A stretch of 62,969 nt of DNA, the filler included, from Reticulomyxa filosa (lineage: Eukaryota > Protista > Foraminifera), in the NCBI GenBank assembly GCA_000512085.1. It is 15 parts of 15 records of this genome, joined end to end, with 100 filler letters (N's around TTAATTAATTAA, not from the genome) between each part and the next. Parts side by side here need not be neighbours in the genome. Positions count along the whole stretch, not along the records: positions 1 to 14,758 come from ASPP01022498.1; 14 more parts are not named here. One strand, 5' to 3'. A program made the position numbers and the translations under genes. The notes under the pieces are model-generated. The model had not been told where the DNA came from and did not search any database. It saw only the letters and a list, made by a program, of their open reading frames with translations. Below, piece after piece: positions 1 to 9,839 of this stretch; position 1 is the first letter of the stretch; every line of letters starts with the position of its first letter.

Positions 1-200
1 CACTTAACTGCAAGATTACGAGGAACAAATTGTCCACTACCTGTTTCTTCAAAGAAGACCTTAAAAGAGTCGTCCTTTCCTGAGCTCTCTTTTCTTTTGC
101 CACCGTTGTCAATTGCGTGTTCTGCGCAATATTGTTCCCAGATGGCGTTTCCTAGTTGTATGCCGGCTTGGCCAACTTCAATTGTGAGAACTTCTCTCAT
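1..200 (-). CDS. tubA: Alpha-tubulin, divergent; 5' part only (runs off the window edge)
   Basis: Manual translation from ATG at 200: MREVLTIEVGQAGIQLGNAIWEQYCAEHAIDNGGKRKESSGKDDSFKVFFEETGSGQFVPRNLAV. This aligns to the alpha-tubulin N-terminus (GQAGxQxGNAxWE, DDSFxxFFxETGxG, VPR). Not in the ORF track. Confidence 0.92.
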   Translation of the reverse strand, partial: MREVLTIEVGQAGIQLGNAIWEQYCAEHAIDNGGKRKESSGKDDSFKVFFEETGSGQFVPRNLAVK

Positions 201-744
201 TTTATTTGTAAAAAACTAAATGACACTTGAAAAAACCGAACGAACGAACAAACAAAAGAACTCACAAACTCCCCTTCTTTTACAAAACTGAAGGGGGTTC
301 TTCCAGCTTGAGACTAAACAGCACTGTTGTTTGTTTCATACAATCACAAAAAAACTTTTTCAAATACTCTTTGATGAAATAATTAACTAAGAAAAAGGAG
401 AAACTCTAAAGAAAAGCCAACGTTAAATTGGTAGCAAATCTCAATTTACCAGTTCATGATGTTACAAAGGTGGTATGCCTAAACAGGGACTACCAAAAGC
501 AAATAACGGCCAAAAAGAAATTTAAGAATCATATCAAAAATTTTAAAAAAGTATTTGCAGATTGAAATACTTGAAATGTATCAGATTCGGTTAAATTAAA
601 AGAATTATTGAGAGTTATATGAACAACAAAATTTGTAAATAATCCGATAAAAAAATTAAATTCTTCAGACAACAAATCACTTTAGTTTGCGTGGCATCAC
701 CTCCTTTCTTGGTCGCAGTATGAAATATCTTGCTCCTATTTTAT

Positions 745-2170
745 TCAAGTAATTTTATGAATAGAAAAAAAGGAAAAAAAAATAGTATGTTGCACTTTAA
801 CTTGGCATCCGAGGAGTTGAAACAATTTGATCGTTGTGGAACTGAGGGTCATGTCATCCCCCAAGGCACTACCACGTGAGTTTGACGTCGGAGTGTTAGA
901 TTTGGAAGAAGGATTGACAACAGTGAGGGCATTGTTGGAAGGGATCGAAACAGTAGGTTTGTCACTAGTATCGCAATACGTGAGCAAGTTGAGCAAGATA
1001 GTCAAATACGCCTCGTAATTTTTGGAAGACAGTTCTTTGAGTTTGACCTCCAAAGACTTGCCACCGCCGTGGTTCTGAGAAAAGGCATTGCGAATGGCGA
1101 GCAGATCAATCTCGGCGCGACTGACAAAGATGCGCTCAACCTCGACTAAGTCTTTGGCTTTGCACGTGTCTTTGAGTCGCTTGGCGAACAGATCAGCACG
1201 ACTGATGCAATACTTCAAAATAGTGAGCAAGCAATGACCACTGACTTTGGTCTCCAAATTTTTGGTAATAATCTGTTGGGAGCCCAGTTCGCTCAAGTCT
1301 TCATACACGTCTTGCATTTCATTGTTCAGCGTCTCCATTTGCACTTGCAATGTGTCATTTTCTTCGCGTAATCGTTTCGCTTCGGCCACATCTTCTTTTT
1401 GCTTTTTTTAATAATACTAATAATAATAACTTAATAAAAAGAGGGGGGTTAGTTTTTTTAAAAATTTAAAAAAAAAAAAACTTTGTTGTCGATTTCAGAC
1501 AGCAATATATCTTTATTGCTGAGCTCATCTCGTAACGATTGCATGGTGTCTTTGTATTGATCGACCAAGTCTTGCAAGTCTTTCTTTTCTTTTTGATACA
1601 TTTGCAGCTGCGCAGAGATCAACGCACTGGCATCGGCCTCACTCTTGCCCGAGCTGTTCAGCGTGGTCAACAGCTTGGCCATTTCGTCTTCACGCATCCT
1701 CAGCTTCGAATTCGTCTCCGATATTTGCTTGTTGCTTATTGCTTTCACTTATCTGCTCTTTGTACTGTGTCACTGTCGTTTCATAGTTGCTCTTCATCTC
1801 TTTCACTTGGCGCTCATACTCCCTCTTCGTTGTGGTGCTCATCTCATTTGTCCGTTGTTTTGATTGAGATATTTTACTCTCCATTGTCGACTATTCGTTT
1901 TTTTTAATTTAAAAAAAAAAAGGGACAAAAAAAATTCAAAACTAATTCTTGCTTCAATTTTTTAATTTTCTGTCTTTCTCATGCTGCGATTATTGCCTCT
2001 TTCTCTCTTTGGTCTGCACTCTTTTCTTGCTCTCCTCCGTTTTCTGCCCAGTTCGTCAATTCTTTCCTTCTCTCTTTCTAACTATTCTTGGATTGACTCC
2101 AATTGCGCTTCCAATTCCTTTATTCGTGCCAAAGTCTTACCTCCTGAGGCGTCACGCACTGTGCGACGAT
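745..2170 (-). pseudogene. Decayed coiled-coil protein with a C-terminal annexin-like repeat
   Basis: ORF 745-1389 contains LFAKRLKDTC...VERIFVSRAEIDLLAIRNAFSQNHGGGKSLEVKLKELSSKNYEAYLTILL, which matches annexin repeat 4. The upstream coiled-coil exons carry an in-frame TAG (~2082) and frameshifts (~2047, ~1740) that are not all in long homopolymers. Confidence 0.65.
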
Positions 2171-2172
2171 CC

Positions 2173-2760
2173 GTACCACAATCCATCTGGAACTATGTAA
2201 TTTTATACTTTCATTGACATGCTTTAGCAAAGCACCAAGTAGCACAAAGTGTGACTGTAACCATTATTGAACGTTTGTATTGACATGTACTAAAGGAGAT
2301 GTAAATAAGTTTTGTTCTATTGTTTTACTTGCTAAACATCAAATATTGCGCCCAATATTAACTTGTAGAAGTCTATCATTTCCTAGAGGAGAAGCAATTT
2401 TAAATAGTATACATTGACATTGTAGGTCCATTATCACAAACTAAAAATTCTACTAAATTATACTAACTATAATGTAACGTTTCACATTTTAAGTATACTA
2501 TATGTAACTTAAAACAAATACAGTTATCGAAACAACACTATCATTTGCGAACGAATGTGTATATATGCATATAGCACCTGATACAATACTATCAGACAAT
2601 ATTACACAATTCACAGTCAAAATAACACACACGATGTCAAAGATGATGAAAATACTACAATCGTTTACATCATCATATAATCTTCAAACAAATGACGATT
2701 GAAAGATTTCATCGTTACATGAAAGAGCTTTTATTGATTATTTGTGTCGACCACAATTTA
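2173..2760 (+). mobile_element. Degenerate retroviral-like (Gypsy/Ginger/Polinton-type) integrase remnant
   Basis: Interrupted frames give VPQSIWNYVILYFH..ALAKHQ (HHCC start), IDIVGPLSQT, PDTILSDNITQFT and YNLQTN..IERFHRYMK, which are the integrase core D, D and E motifs in the correct order, with many stops and frameshifts. Confidence 0.8.
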
Positions 2761-3133
2761 GATTTCACAAGAAAGATATCAAATAGTATATTCTTTTTGC
2801 ATTTAAAATCATCAGTTGCATAATATTTTTGATAACCATACAACAATTATACATTCTTTAATTTTTCCCTAAAATTGTAAATTAAGCTGCAAACATAGCA
2901 TACAATTTGATCTTCAGACCAACAAAACAGTGTCTTCTAAAGGATAACCCTCCCCAAAAAATTAATAAAGAACTAAATATGAAAGGAAAGAATTCCAGTT
3001 TGCAGTCAAAACTGAATATTTTGCTATTATGCTTTTTTTTTTTCATGTGCCGAAGTTTGGTTTTTTTGGGGGGAGAAAAAAGTGATTGGAACCTGAACAA
3101 AGAAAGTTGAAAAAATAAAATAAAATGTGAATA

Positions 3134-5078
3134 ATGATGGAAAAGGAGCTTCCAACTACAGCGATTGGTTTAATATTGACGCAAAAATTGAATGTATCTC
3201 CGTCAAAGCAAACGCTGTACTATACAGCAGCCTTTTCAACATTTTCGCTTCAGCCGTTATTTGGGGTAATGATAGAAGCGTTGTCATTAAAATATCGGCG
3301 CATATGCAAGAAAAGAAACTTTGCAGTAATGGGGGCATTGATAGGAGCATCGATGTATTTTTGGATGAGTGTGTACCATAAAGACTTTGGGTTATTATTT
3401 GGAATAACGGTGATTCTGAATATTGGACTAAGCATGACAAATGCGATACTGGATGGAGTGTCAGTGGAAATATCCAACGAATACGAACAGAAGATGCAAA
3501 GCAAAGATTTTTCAAAAAAGAAAGATGCGTCAGAGTTGATGTTAAAGTCTGTCCATGAGCCCGCGATTAAAAGTGGATCAGATCTGGAATCCAAATTAAT
3601 ATCCGGATCTGAGTGTGAATCCGAGTCCAACTTGGCTATTTCCAAGTCTGAATCGAAAGAGGAACTGAAATCGAAATCGAAATCGAAATCGGGATCGGAA
3701 TATGGTTATGAACATGAATTTAAATCAGAACCTGAATCAGGATTAAGATTAGGATTAGGATTAGGACTAGGATTGGGATTGGGACCAGGACCGGAATCGG
3801 GACCAGAATCGGGATCGGGATCGACGCAAAAAGAATTGAAAAGTCATTCGCGTGGGTTGTTTACGGCAGGGAAGGTGCAATCGATATCGTATATGTGCCG
3901 AAGTGTCGGGAGCTTATTAGCAAGTGCGATAATAATCCCATTGGACAATGTCACGTCAGGAACGATAATAATGATCACATCGATTGTATACTTTGTGTTG
4001 GTGACGCCGTGCGTGTGGAAGGTGTGTGGGACAAGCATGGAGGGGAAAGAAAAAAAGAAGATAAGCTCGAGCTGCACAAGGGAACCCAAAACACGTTATT
4101 GGAAGATAACAGAAACAAAGACGAAAACGAAGAAAAAAAAAAATTGCTGACGATGCAAATTCTGAAAACGCGAATACAAAACATGCAAATGAAAAAAGTT
4201 TGGTGATGATGTCGTTTTTGACACCCCCGAATGACGACACTTTGAAGCAACTGTCTTTCCCGTGGAATATTCCGTTTGTATACAATATCGCTTGTCTGTT
4301 TCAATATCTTTGGCCCTCGCTGTTGTTCATGCTGCTGTTGAATGTGCCACCGACGATTGATGACGTGATCATGACGTTTGTGTACAGTCGAACGACCTTT
4401 GATAACACGCAATATCGGCTGTTTCAATTTAGTAGTTTGCTTGGGTCCGTTATCGGCGCCTTGTTTTTTGTAATGCTTTGTCGGGATACTTCCCAACGCA
4501 CTTTGAAATTTACCTTTGTCGTAGCCCAATTTTTGGTGATGGTCAGCGGCTTTCTGTTTTTGCCGATCACAGACTTGGCCAACTCTTTCGAAGATGGCTC
4601 CGCCACTTCGGTGTTACATCACTCCATCTCCATACCTTCGTACTTAATCTTTGTTTTATTCTTCTTTTCCATGATCTCTTCCATTGTCCTAATGCCGCAA
4701 CTCATTCTGGCTGCTGTCATGTGTCCCTTACACTTGGAACTGGCCATCTTCAGCTGCTTCACCGGCATTTCGCATCTTGGAGAACTCGTCTCGTCGGCCA
4801 TTAGCTCCTTGCTTTTATCCGGGGTTGTATGGAATGTCAAAGAAGGTGGACATTGGGGCAATTTGTCCATTTATGTTATTGTTGCCTCTCTTTCCCAACT
4901 TCTTCCTTTGCTTGCCTTACTTTTCATTGATTTTTTTCAACAACCGTCTCTTTCTCGTCACATACGTGACCAACGCAAGGATGCCTTTTATGGACACCAC
5001 GCTTCGTCCGCTATGGATAGCTTCAAAGGCGCTTCTCAGACGCTTCTTGAATCTTCGCTTCTGGAAAATGCAAGATAA
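3134..5078 (+). CDS. Folate-biopterin transporter (BT1/FBT family, MFS fold)
   Basis: About 12 hydrophobic segments over ORFs 3134-4150 and 4200-5078, with motifs LQPLFG, NAILDGVSVE, GKVQS and AAVMCPLHLELAIFS. The ORFs join through frame changes at A-runs (~4050, ~4135). The true start may lie in an upstream exon (~2979). Confidence 0.75.
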
Positions 5079-5588
5079 ATGATATTTTGTCATATGTGTA
5101 GGTATGTGCGTCGTTTTTGGTTTTTTTAAATCTTCATTCATATTGTCATTATTGTGTACGTTCGTTGCTTCGGTGTAATTTTATCCTATCACATCATTAA
5201 TTCGTAGACACGTGCTTTTTTTGTTTGTTTTTTTTTCTATTAAAAGATGGTCAGCTCTTGTTCTTTTTAAAACCGTCGCAAGACAGAAAAATCTTGGCTG
5301 ATTGTTGACTTCGTTGTGCTAACAATTAAGTGGATTGTTTCGTATGAATACTTCGACTTTGCGCATTTCTTTCATTAAAAATACGTATAAGCAAATCTAA
5401 AAAAATAACGTAGAATTTTGAGAGCGTAATACATTCAAAAAATTATTTCAGAGCTTAATTTTTGACAAAGAGATTACAGTGCTTCAAACTTTCTAGTTAG
5501 TTACAGTAAAAACTTGTGAGTTTTTTTAAAGGGTCAAAAAAGCAAAAAAGTTTTTATCTCGCTTTAAAAGTGTAAAAGAACTACTATA

Positions 5589-6785
5589 ATGTCAACAGCT
5601 CCCACCGAAACAATAAGCACAAATGAACCTACAGAGGAAAATGTAGAAAAGATTGATGACGAAGAAAAACATATCCTCTCCTCCTACACAAAGATTGAAG
5701 AACTACAAGTTAAATTCCTGGAACAGAATCCAACCGTAACAATAACCAAAAAAAAAAATATCACAGAAATTCTCCATCAGTGGAACAGACATCAAGAAGT
5801 TGCGTGAGCAAGGCTTTTACACAGTTGAAAGTGTGGCCTTTGCACCTAAAAAACAGCTGATGGATATAAAGGGGATTGGAGACGGCAAAGTTGCAAAGTT
5901 GCAAGAAGCTGCCTGCAAGATTGCAGGAAAGATGCAATTTGTTAAAGCAATCGACTATTTCGAAAGAAGAAGCGATATTGTAAAATTGTCAACAGGAAGT
6001 AGTAATTTGAATGAGCTCCTTGGAGGGGGCGTTGAAACAGGATCAATTACAGAGATATTTGGAGAGTTTGGCACAGGAAAAACGCAAATTTGTCACACTT
6101 TGTGTGTTACATGTCAAGTTAAAGGAAAAAAGCTGTTCTGAGGAACTTCCTTTTTCTGCCCCTTTTTTTTAAAAATCACCCCCCTTTTCTTTTTCCAAAT
6201 TTTTTGTAGACTCCCGCGTCGGTTGGTGGTGGAGAAGGTTGTGCTCTGTACATTGATACCGAAGGAACATTTCGACCTGAACGTATCGCTCAAATTTGCG
6301 ATCGTTTTGGACTAGATGCGTCAGATACGCTCAACAACATTTCATTTGCGCGTGCCTATAACAGCGATCATCAAATGAAACTATTGAGTGAAGCAGCGCA
6401 ACTGATGTCAGAATCTCGATACGCCTTAGTCGTTGTTGATTCAGCAACAGCATTGTTTCGAAGTGAATATATTGGAAGAGGGGAACTAAGTGTACGACAG
6501 CAAATGCTTGGAAAATTTATGCGAGAATTGTTGCGACTGTGTGATGTGTTTGGAGTGGCTGCTGTTATCACAAATCAGGTAGTCAGTACTCCTGATGCAT
6601 TATCTTTCAAAGCGTCGCTCAAACCGATTGGAGGCAATATCATAGCTCATGCCTCTACTACGCGAATTTTTTTGAGAAAAGGTCAAAAAAATGCTAGAGT
6701 TGCAAAGATCTATGATTCTCCAAATTTGCCTGAAAGTGAAATGGAATTTGCGATCTCTGATGGTGGCATTATTGATACATCCTAG
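5589..6785 (+). CDS. RAD51: RAD51 recombinase; exons 5589-5708, 5767-6117, 6210-6785; 348 aa
   Basis: GT-AG splicing keeps the frame. Motifs [70 protein letters not shown] and [12 protein letters not shown] fit RAD51 better than DMC1. Confidence 0.95.
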
Positions 6786-7193
6786 AACTTTTTTTTTAAT
6801 TTTCATTGTGCGAGAAAAATCTTGGCTTGAGTAAATTTTTAGTCCACATTGATTTTTTGCATTTTTTATTGACAAACCTTCATGTAAAAAAAGGTCTTTC
6901 GCAATATCAAGTGCAGCATAACTTTATATCATGTTCAATCATTAAAAAAAAAAGAAATCCTAAAAAACACTACATTTTTGAGATTTACAAAAAAGTATAA
7001 AAGGAAGCATATTTTTTTAACCCACACATGAACGAACCTTCAACTTTTAAATTAAAAAGTGGAAGATATAATTATCAATTTTATTTTTAAAAGTGCATTT
7101 TGATTCTTTTTTCCCGAGATTAAGAAATTTTTGAAATTAACAAAACAATGTCCTGAAATACAATTCAAAAAGAAATAAATTTGATTTGAATTT

Positions 7194-8443
7194 TTATTTA
7201 TCTATCGTAGTATCTTTAGTGCCAAGTGCAGTGTTCTCTTCAGACGAAAGAACTCCACTTGCACAAAAGATTCGTTTTTTTCCGCCAAGCAACTGTGCCA
7301 ACTCGTCATCTTTTGCAATTGCAATCATAATCTATGTGTTAAGAACAACGGATACACACTGATCAGATATTTAAAAATATGATCAAATGAAAGGGAAAGT
7401 AAAGTAATATCAAAAAGGTGGTCAACACACAGTTCTAGGATCGATGCGAGATTTTTGGAAATCTTCTGATACCCTGGAAGCTAGATTAAATATTTCTGCT
7501 ACAATATATTCCAAAGCGCTTGTCAAAAAAAGTGCAGCACCAAAACTTACAGGTTCGTTGAATATCTCTGCTTTCAACAAATCATGTATTACTTTCGATG
7601 GAAAAATCAATGCATTTGATGGATTTTTTGCTTTCTGTAATTATTTTTTACATGTTGCTTTGCTTTGTTTAATGGAACGAACATCACTCAACGGGTGCAA
7701 AACTTTGCACACATTTCGTCGCATTACTTACACAAAATTCACTGAGTTTCTTTGTGTGCAATACAATTGACACTGCAGTTTTCATATGTCGTAAATTCAA
7801 TTGGCGTGACTTATCTCTTTTGTACAGCTCAAATGCCTCGAATGAGAATCGGTTGAACAAATCCCAAACTGTTTTTATTTTCATTTTTTTTTAAATGAGA
7901 CTCTTTTTTTGAAATAAAAAAAAGTGCGAACCAATAGTACTGATCGTCCTCATCCCAATGTTTGATATGCCCATTTTTGGATTAACCTGTTTAAGAACCG
8001 TGAACAAATATCGATTGAAGTCTACTAAAATCGATCTCTTACAAAATTTTCTTTTTTTCTTGATTTTTGGTTGCTTTTGTGCCTGGTTAGGAATATTTCT
8101 GATGGCTGGCGTTGAGGTGTGGAAAATTTTGCTTGGGGCAGGTGTTGGTGGGCGCACTTTTTTTAAAAAAAAGGTAAAGGAATAAAGCATCCACGCGACA
8201 AAGCACAAAACATTTTTTAATGACTCTAACTGCCGTTACGGATTTTGCATACACTACTATGAAATCCCAAACCCACAGCACATTCACGACAGCACGTATC
8301 ATATGGATTACCTCGTGCAGTTTTTCCCGGATTAACTGACATGTTACATCCAATCTAAATTGAAAAAAAGAACGTTCTTGGAAAATGCTTGGTAGTGAGG
8401 AAAGCAAAAAACAACAGATTACTTTGCATTTAACAGGAATCAT
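7194..8443 (-). CDS. Cys/His-finger + histone H2B + histone H2A fusion (histone doublet); exons 8443-8423, 8354-8231, 8156-7932, 7868-7693, 7634-7431, 7331-7194; 295 aa
   Basis: Five short GT-AG introns (68, 74, 63, 58, 99 nt) with matching phases give an 888-nt ORF. H2B fold: FNRYLFTVLKQVNPKMGISNIGMRTISTIVWDLFNRFSFEAFEL...RHMKTAVSIVL...SNATKCV. H2A fold: LIFPSKVIHDLLK...VSFGAALFLTSALEYIVAEIFNLA...KSRIDPRTIMIAIAKDDELAQLL...CASGVL. Confidence 0.85.
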
Positions 8444-8769
8444 TTAAACTCTTTTTAATTGAGAGAAAATGCAGTTATTTCACGTTTAAACAAATCGCAA
8501 ATGCTTCAAAAAAAATCTTTTTGTTTGTTCCCAAACTTTCTACTGTTTCAGGACTCCGTTTTTCCAAGAATTTCACACGTAAACACAAAAGAGATCAAAA
8601 AATTACAACCTTGAACTGTTGTTGCTTTACTAAAGGTATTTCAAATTTTTTGAGAAAACAATTAGTTCGGTTTTCTTATTAATTCATGTGAACACAATCT
8701 AAACTTTGAGAGTTTTTCTTTTTGCTTTCACTGAGACTTTACTTTTAAATTTTCCCCCAAATTGTTGTA

Positions 8770-9438
8770 ATGAGCGAAAAAGAACAAAAGATACAAACTA
8801 TCACCATCAAGACCCCAACTGGGAAAATTGTGGAAATAGAATTAGATGAATCAGATACTGTGGAGAAATTGAAGCAAGAGGTGGAAAAGGAACAAAACGT
8901 AAAAGTGAACAAACAAAAACTTTTTTATGGAGAGGAAGAGCTGCAAGACAGTAAGTTAGTGTCAAGCTATGGAATAAAAGAGGGTAGCTTCGTACGGCTG
9001 TCTGTGCCTGTTCGAGGAGGAGTTGTATTCTCTGCCCCAGACGTGGACAAGCAACAAACTAAGAAAACAGGCAAGAACGAATTTCGTTATTGGACGGTGT
9101 CACCAGGATTAAATTATGGAGGGAGATGTTCTAATGAAGACTGCAAAGCATGCGACGAAAGAGTGATGGCTTCACGTGGATTTGGAAAATTCCAACCAAA
9201 TATCGATGAACATGTTGAAGAAGTCATTAGATGTCCGGGATGCAAACAAACATTCGAACCTTCGGGATTTTATTTTTACAGATGCAATGTTTCAATTACA
9301 TTCAAAAAAGAGGGAGAAAAATCATTGACAAGAATGCCAAAAAAAAAAGTGGAAGGTGAGAATTACTGGGAATTAGGCGGAGAAGAACATGAAAAGGCCG
9401 TGTATAATTATTTGGAATTTGAGGTAGAAAAATTGTGA
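8770..9438 (+). CDS. Ubiquitin-like domain (ends VRGG) fused to an uncharacterised Cys-rich domain
   Basis: Intronless 222-aa ORF. ITIKTPTGKIVEIELDESDTVEKLKQEV...QKLFYGEEELQDSKLVSSYGIKEGSFVRLSVPVRGG is a ubiquitin fold. It is followed by PGLNYGGRCSNEDCKAC...CPGC. Confidence 0.85.
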   Translation: MSEKEQKIQTITIKTPTGKIVEIELDESDTVEKLKQEVEKEQNVKVNKQKLFYGEEELQDSKLVSSYGIKEGSFVRLSVPVRGGVVFSAPDVDKQQTKKTGKNEFRYWTVSPGLNYGGRCSNEDCKACDERVMASRGFGKFQPNIDEHVEEVIRCPGCKQTFEPSGFYFYRCNVSITFKKEGEKSLTRMPKKKVEGENYWELGGEEHEKAVYNYLEFEVEKL

Positions 9439-9839
9439 GCACATTCATTTGCAACATCACTTAATGATGTGCAACAAAAAAAAGTAAATTTTCATTACGT
9501 GAAATGGAAAACCTTTTGGAATGTTTTGGTAAGCCACTCTAATTTTTTTTAAAAAATTTCCACAAAAAAATTCTGGATTGGCCCTTTTTTACTCTTCTAA
9601 AACTTGTAAAAAAATTTTTCTGCCCTTGGCAAGCCCGCCGTTGTTGACAACATAAATAGTTTTGTTGAAAATATTGTCGTTGATCGCGATAATTTGCCTT
9701 GTTTTTAAAATGGTAGTTAGACAACTTTCATACGATTAGAGACCATAATTGCTATTTTTTTTGTAGTTCAAAGAGAAAAAAAGGACGACCAAAGGAGGCA
9801 CAATTGAAAAGCATAATTTCAACAAAATAATTTGAAAAA

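Noticed and set aside
7194-7930. Histone folds as the N-terminus of a SOS-type RasGEF
   Set aside because: The ORF stops shortly after an H2A-like docking tail and is followed by the convergent RAD51, so no DH, PH or GEF domains can follow.
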